From NCBI GenBank assembly GCA_013265495.1, contig MU058781.1, positions 1,406,963 through 1,470,962 of the forward strand: a stretch of 64,000 nucleotides of DNA, read 5' to 3'. Below are positions 37,836 through 50,600 of this stretch, one piece after another. How positions within the stretch are numbered: position 1 is the first letter of the stretch; every line of letters starts with the position of its first letter. The position numbers were made by a program, and so were the translations under genes. The stretch is from Vicugna vicugna. Lineage: Eukaryota. The notes beneath the pieces are model-generated. The model ran no database searches. It saw only the letters and a list, made by a program, of their open reading frames with translations, and had not been told where the DNA came from.

Positions 37836-39004
37836 AGAGAATCTGGCCCGTAAGGAATGAAGTGGGCACATAACCACAGGGTCTGCTGGCCCATTTGCCA
37901 CATTGTCCGAAACCCACTGACCTGACGGAAGGTTGGAACTGGCTCCTGGGATCCAGCTAGGACTCCAGCTTGGGGTGACGTCCTTTCGAGGCTACAATCC
38001 ATGGAATATACTTTGGCCTTTATGTGGTTCCAAAGGGCTTAAAGCATATTAAGGCAGAAACAAGAGGCTAGGGTTTCCTGTAATATTTCCAAATTATCAG
38101 CTTTTGACAGTGATCTGAAAAGACCAGCTGAAAAGTAAAAGGAGAGAACGAATAATTTCATTGAATGTAAAACAAATCATTGTAATTAATATCTTCACCT
38201 GCAGGTGGGGCCATATTACTACTTTTTCACTTTCCCCTTTGCTTTTCTTCATTTTGTCATATTGCCCGGACCCTGGGGCATGAATCTGGTTATTATAAAC
38301 TCGATAAAGAAAGGCACAATCACTGAGTCTCAAAATGTTTGGAACTGATATTATACTAATATTGTCTGGCCGTCCTTGAAAAATAAATAAATGCTATCAC
38401 TAGTCTATCACCAATAAAATTAAAACAGATCATAGAATGATAGGCTATAATGGAATTTAGGGAGCCTGTTGTCCGTCACTTTCAGATAAGAGAGTTATTT
38501 CCCCCAAATAATATAGCCAGTAATTGTCAGAGCCAAGAATGTGCTTCTAAACTTCAATCCCAAGCTAGTTACTTTAGTATCATCTTCTCATGGGATAGGA
38601 TAAATATTATTTCTAGAACTTGAGAACATCCTTATTGGCAGTACTTTTTAAACACAGGTTGGCAATAATTATTACTGTTGCATGGGCAGTGGGTTGTATA
38701 AATGGCACGCAGGAACTGCTTGATTACAGCAAAGCTAAAAAGCCACAAGCTTACAGATTCATATTAAGTATGGAATAACAAATTTGGGAAACCAGAGAGT
38801 ATTTACGGCTGGAAAGTGGGAAGGAGGATTATACACTGTGTGAGGGGAGTGGTGGTGATATGAGAAATGTATTTTTGCTTCCCAAAGAACTGTATACTTT
38901 TCTGGAAAGATTACAGATATAATCAACTTCATCCACTGGCAAGGTAGACAGTGAGATTTATAATGTGGTTCCAGGGGCACTGGAAAGTCTTCTAGCATTT
39001 GATT

Positions 39005-39520
39005 TTTTTTTTTAACTGAAGTATGGCTGATTTACAGTGTTGTGTTAGTTTCTGGTGTACAGTGAAGTGATTCAGTTACACATACATATTCTTTTTCATT
39101 ATAGGTTATTGTAAGTTATTGAATATATTTCCCTGTGCTGTACAGTAGGACCTTGTTTATCTACTTTGTATAGTGTAGTTTGTATCTGCTAGCCCCAGAC
39201 TTCAGATTTATTTCTCTCCCTCTTTCCCTTTTTTCTGGTATTAGCAGAAGAAGGAGTGGAATGTCAAGGTGGGTCTCTGCTCCCCCGAGCCTCTCCTTAG
39301 CTCAAGGTCAGTCAATCAGCTTGTTTTCTATATCTGTGAGTCTGTTTCTGTTTTGTAAATAAGTTCATTTGTGTCATTTTATTTTTTAGATTCCATATTT
39401 AAGTGATATCATATGCTATTTGTCTTTCTCTGTCTGACTTACTTCACTTAGTGTGATCATCTCTAAGTCCATCCATGTTGCGGCAAATGGCATTATTTCA
39501 TTTTTTTATGGCTGAATAAT
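39005..39520 (-). mobile_element. L1 3' end carrying a 90-bp non-L1 insert
   Basis: T-rich tail at 39003-39013, then the canonical reverse-complement L1 3'UTR, interrupted at 39225-39314. Confidence 0.9.
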
Positions 39521-39838
39521 ATTACTTTTTAAAGAATAATGTGAGGGAGGGATCTGTATCAGCTAGTGTTCTCACTCTTTGTAACTTGGTCAATAAAAAA
39601 GGATATTGGAAGGAAAGGGAGGACTTTATGGAATTGAAAAGAGAGCTGAAGAAATAAGCTTGGAAAGGACAGGAGTCAGAGGGAGGCTGCCTCTGAACCA
39701 AACCGGTCCTTCGCTCAAGACTCAAACCCCAGAGAAGGAGCATCTCACTGACTGACCTTGAGCTAAGGAGAGGCTCGGGGGAGCAGGGACCCACCTTGAC
39801 ATTCCACTCCTCCTTCTGCTAATACCAGAAAAAAGGGA
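39225..39838. repeat. 90-bp inverted repeat (arms 39225-39314 and 39749-39838)
   Basis: The arms are reverse complements with 2 mismatches in 90 nt by manual alignment. Confidence 0.95.
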
Positions 39839-40689
39839 GAAAGTAGATGCTGGGTAAAAACTACAGTTATCTTTTATTCCCCTCCCCCAGTCAATCAACA
39901 AATGTCTCACAACGTTTTATTAACCAGTTCATCCTTTTCATAGACCTCACACAGATGTAGGTCTGTTCTTAGGCCCTGGGATGTGTTCTTTCATGTTCCT
40001 GAGCTAAAACCACATCTTTTGAGTTGCTGTAGATTTATAGCATATTTTTGGCTTCTGGTATTGAGTCTCTCTTCTTCCTTCTTTTTCTCCCATTATTTCT
40101 TGTCTTTTTTTCTATGCACTTCCTCTACAAGATAAACTTTATAATTAGCTTGCCATGCTCCTTAAAAAACGGAATGGGATTTTTAACTCAGAAAGAGCAC
40201 TATATCTTCCCACCGGGGACCATGGTACACGTCCCCATGGAGTCAGACCTTTAAGAGAACACAGACTTGAATAAATTGATTCTTGTTAAAATGTGGGCCA
40301 ATGGAGGAGACAATATTTTAGGGCATTATCACCCACTTGTGCCTAAGAGTGAGGCTATCAGATGTGAGGAGCGTTGAGCAGACTTTTAATAAAAGAGTGA
40401 CTAATACTTGGGTGATAGAAAGAAATGAAAATTGAAGGATAAAAATTAAATGAAAGAAATCCATTGTATACATTTCTATATGTTTCATAATTTTTCTAGT
40501 TCATAACTTTACAAAAACGAATTGCCCTTGAAAAGGTTTAGGTTTTTTACAAACTTCTTGAGTGGGAAAGGTGGCAGCCAGAAAATGAGAAACATCCACC
40601 ACAGACAGCAGTGCGCCCTTGGCAGCACGCGTTGTGTAAGGGTGTGATTATAGTGGTACTACCCCAGAGTATTGCCTTTAAAAAAGAGT

Positions 40690-40790
40690 TGGGAGTGGAG
40701 ATTATTAGGTTTATGTATGTATTTTAATGGAGGTACTGGGGATTGAACCCAGGACCTCGTGCATGTTAGCATGCGCTCTACACCCTCCCA
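40690..40790 (-). mobile_element. Vic-1-type camelid tRNA-derived SINE
   Basis: GGAGGTACTGGGGATTGAACCCAGGACCTCGTGCATG...GCGCTCTAC. Confidence 0.85.
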
Positions 40791-41480
40791 CCAAGTACTG
40801 TCTTTTGTTTCTTTGCCTTATGATCTTCTTGCCCCATAACCATTGCAGTGCAGCTCTCTTTGCAAATTGCACATCCCGAGTTGTTGTTTTTTTTAATCTT
40901 ATTATTGTATCAGAAAAATACTCATTATCTTGGGTATGAGCTTATAATTTACATTTTTGCATCTCTTAAGGGCAAAGGAGTACCAGAAAAGCTAGATTTG
41001 CTTTGGCGAAAGCCTTCTGAATTTCACTTGACGTCTTCCTGTCTTGAAAATAAAATGTAATTGATCACTGTTCCCCTTTTTATAATGATGGTAAAATATT
41101 GGAAAACTTTTGTCACAAGAAAAGAGGGGTCTTCGTGAACACCAGCACTTTAAAATACCATAAGGACAAAATCCTTTTCATGATTCAAAGTAACTTTACT
41201 AGTAGAGCAAACCAGGTATTTCAGACATATTGCTGGTACCCCAACAAAAAGACTTCTCTTCAGACAAGAGAAGTCAAGCACCTGATGATCTTAAGATCAA
41301 GGTCTTTCCAAAGACAGAAGAGGAGGGGGGGAAAATCCACATTTTTATTTGGAGACATCTGAAAACCCTGAGCTTCAGGACAGGTACAATAGTGTTAAAA
41401 GTTTGTAAGAACACTACTAAAGCTTTTTGAAAATGTTCTTCTCCTGTAATTCATGCAGATGAGGTCTCTGGGCAACTTCT

Positions 41481-42028
41481 TATTGCAGACAAAATGTGTT
41501 ACAGCTCAGTTGTGACAGCAACCTGGATCTGAGCGAGAGACCAAGCAGCACTCGGAGAGTTTGAGAACTCAGGCTTATTACACCAGCCAGCACAGAGGAG
41601 CTAACACTCCAAGCTCTGGAGCCTGTCTGTAGGTTTACACGGGTTTTTATAGGTTGCCAGTTTACACTTTGCCACATCATATGCAAATAAGGTATAACAA
41701 AAGTTGACTAATTAGGAACAAGCTTTGTGGAAATGGACCAATCAGGAGTGAGAAAAATAATCAGGAGTGAGCTCCATGCAAGTGAAGTACTACAAATGGG
41801 CCAATCAGAATTTAGGGAAATGGACCAATCAGGAGTGAAGGAGATAACCAATCAGGAGTGAGCTCAGGGAACCAATAGAATTTTAGGGGTAAGTGAGTCG
41901 GTTCAGAGGCAAAAGGTGAGATAGAACCTCTGGGCCAGGGAACCGGGTGGTGCTGGCAGGAGAGTAGTGGCCCTGCCTGGCGGGGGGGGGGGTGTCCTAC
42001 CGGTCTTTTTATGGGGCTTCCCACCTCA
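41481..42028 (-). mobile_element. ERV1 solo LTR, copy B (same family as 28800-29379)
   Basis: Exact 4-bp TSD TTCT (41477-41480 and 42029-42032). Five CCAAT boxes, ATGCAAAT at 41681, minus-strand TATAAA at 41646-41651. Confidence 0.92.
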
Positions 42029-42148
42029 TTCTGAAGTCCTCATGGCCTTTTACAGGTACCTGGTGAGTTTTAAGGATACTCTAAATTGATTTCCCTTGGC
42101 CTATTCCTGATGCAGTGTTTCTTCTGCTTTCTTGATCTTTTCTCTAGG

Positions 42149-42478
42149 GGTTAAAAGATAAACTGAGGCAGATCAAAAAGTTTAAGAGTTTATTTGTGCA
42201 AAAAAAATCTATTGGAATCAGCAGCGCCAAACCGGAAGTGGTCAGGAGCGCTCCAAGCACAGGAGCAGGGGAATGTCTTTTACAGAGAAGACGCGGAAGC
42301 AGAGGAAGGAAATTATTTGATTGGTTGCATTATTTGAGAAAGCCCAGTGGCCTGTCTGTGATTGGCTGTTCTTTGATTTCTTAACTTTGAGGCCCTGCAG
42401 GCTGAGATTTGGGTTTGCTGAGGTGGGCTACTAAGGCCTCAGAGCCAGCTCAGGCTTCCTTCCGTAATTAATTTAACG
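42149..42478 (-). mobile_element. Short ERV1-type LTR
   Basis: GTTAAA...TTTAAC terminal inverted ends, GTTTATTTG (polyA-signal region on minus) and several GATTGG boxes; no clear TSD. Confidence 0.6.
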
Positions 42479-43087
42479 CTGGGTTGCTTGGAAACAGTGG
42501 GATTCCCTCAGGAAGAATTTTTGGATTTCCCTGGTCCTTCCTATTCTTTCTCAAGGGATTACTTAGTTAAATTTCCCACTTTGTATTTTTTGTTGTGTTT
42601 TGGTTTTGTTTTTACTTTTTTGTTTGTTTTTATTGTAGTGTAGTCGGTTTACAATGTGTCGATTTCTGCTTTGGATGCTGAAGTGTGAGCATACATTTCT
42701 GTATGATTCCCATCTGGGTTACCACCCTGGCAATCAGCAAGCTTATCTCGAGGTTAGCATAATGGATTCTATCCTCCTGAGCAAAGGAGAAAGGAGAAAT
42801 CGTGGCTGCAGCACTTAAAAGCTTCACATCTACTTGGGGAGATAAAAGTCTCTTTGTAAAGATGGGAATAGCAGAGAAGCAAAACCATGAAAAGGTAGCC
42901 TCGGGGTAGAGTCACGCAGATCCAGAGGAGGACACAGCCATTTCTGGGGACAGTGTTGATGGAGAGACTAAAGGTGCACGTGGGTCTTGTGATGGACCAG
43001 AAGGACCTGGAAAGGCAGGACAGAGTTCCAGGGAGAAGGTAGGTGGTCTGGGTGTGACAAGGAGATGTTAAAAGAAAAGGCTTCAAG

Positions 43088-43468
43088 AGAAAGAAAAATA
43101 CCATATGATATCACTCATATGTGGAATCTAAAAGGAAAAAAAAAGGACACTATGAACTCATCTACAAAACAGAAACAGACTCTCAGACTTAGTAAACAAT
43201 CTTATGGTTACGGGGGAAAGAGGGTAGGAGGGGACAAATTTGGGAGTTTGATATTTACAGGTGTTAGCCACTATATATAAAAATAGATTTTTAAAGAAAG
43301 TTTCTTTGGTATATAGCACAGGGAACTATGCTCAATATCTTGTAATAACCTTTAATGGAAAAAAATATGAAAAGGAATATATGTATGTATATGCAAGACT
43401 AGGACATTGTGCTGCGCACCAGAGATTGACACATGGTAATTGACTGTACTTCAATTTAAAAAAAAAAA
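43088..43468 (+). mobile_element. Camelid-type L1 3' end
   Basis: GAAAAATACCATATGATATCACTCATATGTGGAATCT...TGACTGTACTTCAATTT plus an A tail; imperfect TSD AAGGCTTCAA/AAAGCTTCAA. Confidence 0.9.
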
Positions 43469-43479
43469 GTAAAGCTTCA

Positions 43480-43705
43480 AATTCACAGAAACAGAAAGCA
43501 GACTTGGCGGCTTCCAGGGCTGGGGAGAGGGGAGGGTTTGGAGGTAATTATTTAATGGATATAGAGTTTCAGTGTGGGAGGAAGAAAAACTCCACGGGAG
43601 TGATTGCACAAAAACGTGGATGCACTTAGTGCCACTGGACTGTACACTTAAAAATGGCTAAAACGGTATATTTCATGTTATGTGTATTTTAGCACAATAA
43701 AAAAT
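43480..43705 (+). mobile_element. L1MB-type 3' end
   Basis: AAATTCACAGAAACAGAAAGCAGA...GCCACTGGACTGTACACTTAAAAATGGCTAAAA...CACAATAAAAAA. Confidence 0.85.
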
Positions 43706-44309
43706 AGATGATTTTTTTTAAAGCAGTGTTTAAAGAAGGGGAATATTAAAGGCTAAGAACTAGGACAAGGGGAAAACAAGCAAAGCTGGGTGAGAGTTTT
43801 GAGGAGTCCCAGTAAAGAGAGTTCTCTTTTCCCCCATGTGAATTACAAACTACTTGAATAATTAGACAAGAGTCTAATTAAAATGCCAGTTTTATTTACT
43901 AATTGATAAAATCCCTTCCCAGTTACCCGATTTGGATTTTATGGGAGCTATTTCACAGTTCTATGAAGTTGTAGGTAACTGACAGCAAAGCAGAATAATT
44001 CCCTTCTTGAGACAAAATAACAGAATAATAATTATTATTGTTCTAGCCTATACACAGGAAAATAAGCTCTGTCCAGCGCCTACTATGGAAAACTAATTTT
44101 TACCTCCATTTACAGATTCATTTAAATATTCCCGACCCATAAATGTGTCTCTTTTTTTTCATTCTCCTTTGAATTGGTTATATAATACTTCACCAGTTTC
44201 TTCATTAATAAGTTAAATTCTTTAACTCGGGTTCATTTCTATTTCCATATGAGAATTGTGATTTACACCTTTTTAAAAAAAAATTATCCATTGACAGCAT
44301 GTAGCTTAA

Positions 44310-44453
44310 GGGGGAGGGTATAGCTCAGTGGTAGAGTGCACATTTAGCATGCATGAGGTCCTGGGTTCAATCCCCAGAACCTCCTTTAAAAATAAATAAA
44401 TAAATAAACCTAATCCCCCCCCCCAAAAAAACTTTAAAAATTAAAGGAAAAAA
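44310..44453 (+). mobile_element. Vic-1-type camelid SINE, full length
   Basis: GGGGAGGGTATAGCTCAGTGGTAGAG (Pol III A box), GGGTTCAATCCC (B box) and an A-rich tail. 15-bp TSD ACAGCATGTAGCTTA / ACAGTATCTAGCTTA. Confidence 0.93.
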
Positions 44454-45195
44454 ACAGTATCTAGCTTAGCATGAGAACCAAATGGACCTGCTATCTGAAT
44501 CCCAAAATTAAATGGACAAGGATTGTCCAAGCAGGCCTCGGGCTTTGCTCAAGGAAGTCTGAAGACATGGAGCAGAGGTAACCTCATGTTCTCCAAGAGC
44601 AGACTTGCTTCCAAGAGGAAACAGAGAAGGGCTAAGCCAAGTACACTCAGTTTATTTTCTCTAAATTTACTGATCGATGAACAACTTTTCTCTTTCCGTG
44701 ACAGATGAAGGAAGGAATTGCAATAACCGAGTTCCCTTCTCATGAAAGGAAATATAAATTGCAGGAAAGATGTTCCCTCTGATAAATCTATTTTGACCAA
44801 TGCGGTGTTTCCTCCAAAATACAAAATACATGAACATACGCCATCATTTCAGGTGGTGCATGGAATTAAATAATATCAAATCACGAAGTTAGAAAAAAAA
44901 GGACTCTGTAATGAGAAACAAATCTTAGCTTCTTGCTGTCAAACCTTTAACTTTTGTAAGTTTCCTTTTTGAACAAAGAGAAAGATGGCCTCAGGTTCAA
45001 AGCCTCTGGCAGGCACCCAAGCTAGTCTGAATCGTACCATGTTTACTTGTTTTGTTTTTAATCGTCCTTTTTTCATTGTCTGCCGTAGATGGCAAATTAT
45101 ATTGATTTTTCATTTTATAGTCATGAATGAAAGGTTTACTTTTGAATTCACTTAATCTTTTATTTTTCTCGAGTCTTTGTGTGTGTGTGAAGATT

Positions 45196-45282
45196 TCTTT
45201 CTTTTCTTTCTTTTTTTTTGATGAGGGTACTGGGGATTGAACTCAGGACCTCGCTCTACCACTGAGCTCTTCCCCTCTCCCC
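45196..45282 (-). mobile_element. Vic-1-type SINE (internally deleted)
   Basis: GGTACTGGGGATTGAACTCAGGACCTC-GCTCTACCACTGAGCT with a T-rich tail. Confidence 0.8.
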
Positions 45283-45539
45283 TTGAATTTATTGACTTTG
45301 ATATGTGCATATTGATTTTAAAAGTCATGATGCAAAATGCAGGTGGAAGATAACTATGCCAAGGATATACGAAGGTGGCACACATGTGGGAAAGAAGCCA
45401 GGGAGCCCGTGGTTAGTGAGGGACATGGGAGACCCTCCCTTGAGCCAGAGGGGTGATGAGGACACAGATTATCCGGGATCATACAAACCAAGTGAAGAAG
45501 TTTGTATTCTATCACATCAGCTGTGGGGTGTTTCTGAAG

Positions 45540-45655
45540 TTTGTTTTTATTTGTTTGTTTAGTTTTTGTTTGTATTTTTATGGAGGTAGTGGGAATTGAA
45601 CCCAGGACCTGGGCATGCTAAGCATGCGCTCTGCCATTTGAGCTATATCCTCCCA
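45540..45655 (-). mobile_element. Vic-1-type SINE
   Basis: GGAGGTAGTGGGAATTGAACCCAGGACCTGGGCATGCTAAGCATGCGCTCTGCCATTTGAGCTATATCCTCCC. Confidence 0.85.
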
Positions 45656-45805
45656 CTTTTTCAGGATTGTGTTTTAAAATACTTATCTGGCCGCAAAGCA
45701 CAAGACAAGCCCTTATGCTGACGGTTCACGTCTCTCCGGAGGCATATCCCTGGATATTTGCGTGGCCGCCCTCTTCTCTCCTGTAAGTTTTTGTTGAAAT
45801 GTTGC

Positions 45806-45898
45806 TTTCTTCTTTTTTTTAATTTTTAAAAATTGAAGTATAATTGATTTACAATATTGTATTAGTTTCAGGTGTAGAGCAAAGGGATTCAGTTTTAC

Positions 45899-45953
<55 letters not shown>

Positions 45954-46651
45954 TACAAACATACAAATACATATATATATTCTTTTTTTGATTCTTTTCC
46001 ATTATGGGTTATTACGAGACATTGATTACAATTTCCTGTGCTATGCAGTAAATCCTTGTTGTTTATTTTATATATAGTGATGTGTATCTGTTAATCCTAT
46101 ACTCCTAATTTATCCCTCCCCCTCCTTCCCCTTTGGTAACCATAAGTTTGTTTTCTATGTCTGTGAGTCTCTTAATGTTTTAGTTCATTTGTACTACTTT
46201 TTAGATTCCACATGTGAGTGATATCATATGATACCTGTTTTTCTCTGACTTCATGTAGTGTGATCATCTCTGGGTCCACCCATGTTGCTGCAAATGGCAT
46301 TATTTTATTCTTTTTTATGGCTGAGTAGTATTGCATTGTTTATGTGTACCACATCTTCTTTATCCAGTCATCTGTCAGTGGACATTGAGATTGCTTCCAT
46401 GTCTTAGCTGTTGTAAATAACGCTGCTATGAACATTGTATCTTTTTGAATTAGAAATTTTGTCTTTTCTAGATAGATGCCCAGGAGTGGGACTGCTGGAT
46501 CATATGGTAACTGTTTTCAGTTTTTTAAGGAGTCTCCATGCTGTTTTCCATAGTGGCTCCACCAATGTACATTCCCACCAACAAGGTCGGAGGGTTCCCC
46601 TTTCTCCAGATCCTCTCTAGCATTTATTATCTGTAGACTTTTTGATGATGG
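45806..46651 (-). mobile_element. L1 3' end with internal (AT)n(AC)n microsatellite
   Basis: Canonical reverse-complement L1 3'UTR and ORF2 end; microsatellite at 45899-45980. Confidence 0.92.
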
Positions 46652-46929
46652 AAAGGTCACCTTCTTAATGAAGCCCACCCTGACCAGCCTTGCAAAACTG
46701 TAACATGCTTCTTCTGCCAGGGCCTCCCAGTAACTGTCACCCTACTTGGGCTTTTCTTCTCCTCCATAGAGTTTAGCATCTTCTAACGTTTGATAATGTA
46801 TCTTACTTATTGTGTATATTGCTTCTTTCTAGTCTCCCTTCTCCCGAGAAGTAAACGCCATGAGGATAAGGGCCTACTGTGTGTCTGGCACATAGTAGGT
46901 GTTCAATAAATATTTGCGAAATGAATGAG
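46652..46929 (+). mobile_element. L2 3' end
   Basis: Ends GTCTGGCACATAGTAGGTGTTCAATAAATATTTGCGAAATGAATGA, the L2a terminus. Confidence 0.88.
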
Positions 46930-47242
46930 GAGACACATGATGTGAGACCTGGAGGCAGGTGAGGAGGACCCTTTGCCAAGGGAGTGGCAGTGAGAATGGG
47001 GAGCAAGAGGTGGAGGAGAGGTAGTTGTGGAGAGAGTGTGCCCAGACCTTGGTGACTCCTTGGAAGGTGAGCAGGTGGGATTATGGAGGACTTCAAGGAC
47101 TGGGGCCTCCAACAGCTGGTGAAGGAGGCTACGGTCGAGAGCACCAGGTGAGCCTGGGGAGGGGGCTGACCTGAGGGACTTTGTAATTTCACTCGTATTA
47201 ATCTTGAAAGGGTGGCCAGAAACGTCCCTGAAAATATCCTGG

Positions 47243-47695
47243 GTTGGGAAAATATAATTAAAAACAAAATCTTCTCCCAACCCAGAAAACCTCTCCCCAA
47301 AGATAGTTAGGAAAAGAAATGCTTTTATGACTGAATAAGCAGTAAGTCAGAATGTGACGTGTATCACAGGCAGTCTGCTACAAGATTGCAAAAGCAGAAA
47401 GAAATCTCACCCTTTCTTAGAGCCCGGCCGATACAGCCTGCAACCTACATGTGCTCAAGGTAGACAATAATTTGTCCTCTGGTAAGAGGACTGGACAGCA
47501 CCACTGGCCACACCTAGTTCATCCTAAATTCACCTGGTAGTTAGGGGGACCATCTGTGTTAGTTACTTGGCATATACAAAGGGGAAAAAGACTACTCTGA
47601 TCTTTATGATAGGAAGTGGTTTTGCAACTTGGAGCCAGGGACCTGCTGAAGTAGGCGTTTACCCCCACCCCCACATACACAGAAACTAGGGGGTA
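47243..47695 (-). mobile_element. Old ERV1 LTR (MER90-like)
   Basis: GAAAATATAATTAAAAACAAAATCTTCTCCCAACCCAGAAAACCTCTCC...CAGAAAGAAATCTCACCCTTT; the family name is tentative. Confidence 0.6.
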
Positions 47696-50600
47696 AACAG
47701 TAAAAAGAAAAAAAAGCAGCAGCAGAAGAAAATGGGCCAGGGGGACTACACTCCAGCCCCTCTCTCTGCTTAGCTGTGCCTCACAGCTGAGCTCGCCGCC
47801 ACGTGACTGCCGTCTTGGAAATTGGAAACCACGGACTCCGACATTTCAGTTAAGCCTCCACCATCTACTGTTGGTCTGAATGGAGGACAAAGAGAGGCAC
47901 ACTGATGACTGAAGTTCGGTCCTCGCCGTGTGTTGACACGACAAGTATTCTCTTACTCAGCGACTCGGCTTTATGCAGAACTGGCTTAGCAACCTGACCA
48001 GGCTCTGATGGAACTGTCTTTCTCGGTTCAGCGATCTGTTTTTCCAAGAGCTTCCTTCTCTGTTTTTGTGATCAGGACTTTCTTGTGACCCAGGCAAGCT
48101 GTGTGCGTGTTGAGTTTTTGGGTGGAAGGAGTGTCTCTGGACGACATTAGTACTGATAGAGTATCTGGTTACACAGGGAAGGTTTGGATGGGGATATCTT
48201 GGGAGAGAGGCAGCCAGCAGAGACACCTGGCAGGGGCGAGAGGTTGGTAAGGATCAGGCAGTTGGATATTTTTCTAGAGTTCCAAATGAGATCAGAGACA
48301 TGAGTGCCTTTGGCCCTGGCACCACCCTTACTTATTGTATTAGTCATTAGTCTAATGCACCTCTAATTTCTTAGGTCCCAGCTTCCTGGTAAGTATTTAA
48401 GGAACCAACCAGCTTTGCCCTTGAGCTCTCTACTGGCCCAAGAGCATGGGGTCTCTACCTAAATAGCATGCCCAAGGGCACTTAGACAACCTGCCCAGTC
48501 ATTGGGGGGCTGGAGCTTTGAGGGTGCTCAGACTTTGATGCCCTCCACTCAAGCAAGCAATAACTTGGTTGGCCGTGGGTCAAAAATCACCTCACCGGGT
48601 GTTAAGTTTCCTGTACTGCATTTCTTGGAAATAGTCTTAACTGTTGACAAATTTCCCTCAGTAGCGGGGAAAATCACTTCCTCAGTGAGTGTATCTTAGT
48701 AACCAGATTTACTCTGCAAGATTTTTGACCTTGAGCACAGTGCCCAACTGGGTTGGCCAGCTGTGATCAGGTCTTCAAGAAGGAAAAAAGGCATCGCTTT
48801 TTAAAAATGGCTTTACCACAGAGGGATCATTTGTAGATCGCTTTCCAGGATACAGACTCTTCCTCTGTCTCTGTTATGTGGGAAATCCCCTGCATGCAAC
48901 GGTAGGCTCCAAGCGCTCAACCAAAGCCAGCCATCCCCGGGGTCGCGATAAGTGGGCTCTCAGGGCAAGTTAAACACTTGAATCACACAGTTTATTATTA
49001 AATGCCTCAAGCATAGTGCCAGTCTCACCTGATTCTGTATGGAACCATCTTGTCCTTCATGTCTTAATTCTCACATGAAGTGTTCAGGTCCTTCTCCCTC
49101 TGTTCGGGGGGCACATGGAGTCCAGGACAGCTGAATGGGGGCTTGTTCACCAGGGTTGAATCCAAGCACTCAGCTGGCGCTAAGTCCACTCAACTGCACA
49201 GAAAGTGTCTCCCCTCCCTCTGCTTTAGGGACTTCCTGTGTCTCCCGTCCATCCTTCTCGCTAAGGAGCCACAGGGCTTCCTAGCCTCCCTCCTTTCCTC
49301 TCAGCTCACTTAGTTACTGGGAGAGGAAAAGCTGGCTTTGCAACTCTACATGTGGACATTTTTACCCCATACATGGGCCTGTGTGTTCTCAGAATGCTGA
49401 CTTCTGATTTGATAACGTGCGGGAGAGACGGACCTGCCGCCATCCCAGTGCCGATGAAAGAGAAGGGAGGGAAATGACACAGAAGTGGCCATACTAATAG
49501 CCTGAGATACAACGCTCTTAGACAGTTACATATTTGTCACAGATTTTTGAGAAGGAAACAGTGATAGGTATAGAGAAACTTAAATGAAAGTTAAAAGTGA
49601 AGCAATTATTAACTCCAGGGAAAACAAAAGTTGTGCAGATGCAATTGTCGTATACACATGGCTCAGCTATAAATTATATTTCCATGATAGTGATCATGTC
49701 AATACTGCATAACAAATAAAACAAAAGCTGTAATACACTTATTGTGAGAAGAAGATAGAAAAGTGTGTGTGTGTGCGTGTGTGTGCGTGTGTGTGCATTT
49801 GTGAAGTGAGAATGGAGTGGAAGAGAGCTAAACTGTCAACTTAGACAACCGGCAATCAATAGATAATACCTGTAACCAAAAAACGAAGAAGTAGTGTAAG
49901 AATGTTACACAGACAAATGAGAATAAATATTCTAAGAAATAGCTAGAAGAATTGTCCTGGGAACCAGGAATTTAAGGAAAAATAATACTGCTATTTTCAT
50001 GATATGTCTTAAAGTGTTTTCTAGTTTTAAATTATGTGTCCCTTTTATTGTGATAAAATAAAATTTTAAAATACAATAGCAAAGGTTCGATTTGGGTTTT
50101 GGGCTTTTCCCATGGATGGAAGAAGAGTTTCAGGCATGGTTTGAGCTGGGCCCCCCCCTTTTTCTTCTACTTTTTCACAAAGTGACAACCACATGAAATA
50201 TACAAGAGCTTGAAATATCAAACTATTTGGTTCAGTTCGTGTCTGGAACGGCCCATCCCGCATGAGCAAAAGCTCTGGGCGTGGCTTGCAGCATTGTTTC
50301 AGAGAGTCCCGAAACAGGAAGTTCACTTTTCTAGCTGAGACATGCTGCTCCTGTTTCCAGCTACTGGAGTCAGATGTGAGTGTATTTCTTGGAAGTGAGA
50401 GAGTGCTGGAGCCCGGTGAGTAGTGTGGCTGTCTCTGGTGGAAGGGGAGGTGAGATGGTGGAAAGAAATGCAGAAATAAGACTGCAGGAAGGAAGGCTGG
50501 AATAATTTTGATGCCTGAGAATCAAACTGGCTCTCGAGGAATCTCTTTACATTAAGGTGATGTTTATGGGATCAGGTCCTGATTCATACATTTGGTAAAT

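Noticed and set aside
28800..42028. A single full-length provirus between the two homologous LTRs
   Set aside because: The LTRs are inverted, each has its own TSD, and the interval holds older unrelated repeats.
44310..44385. tRNA gene
   Set aside because: A and B boxes are present, but an A-rich tail and TSD follow and there are several dispersed copies in the window, so it is a tRNA-derived SINE.
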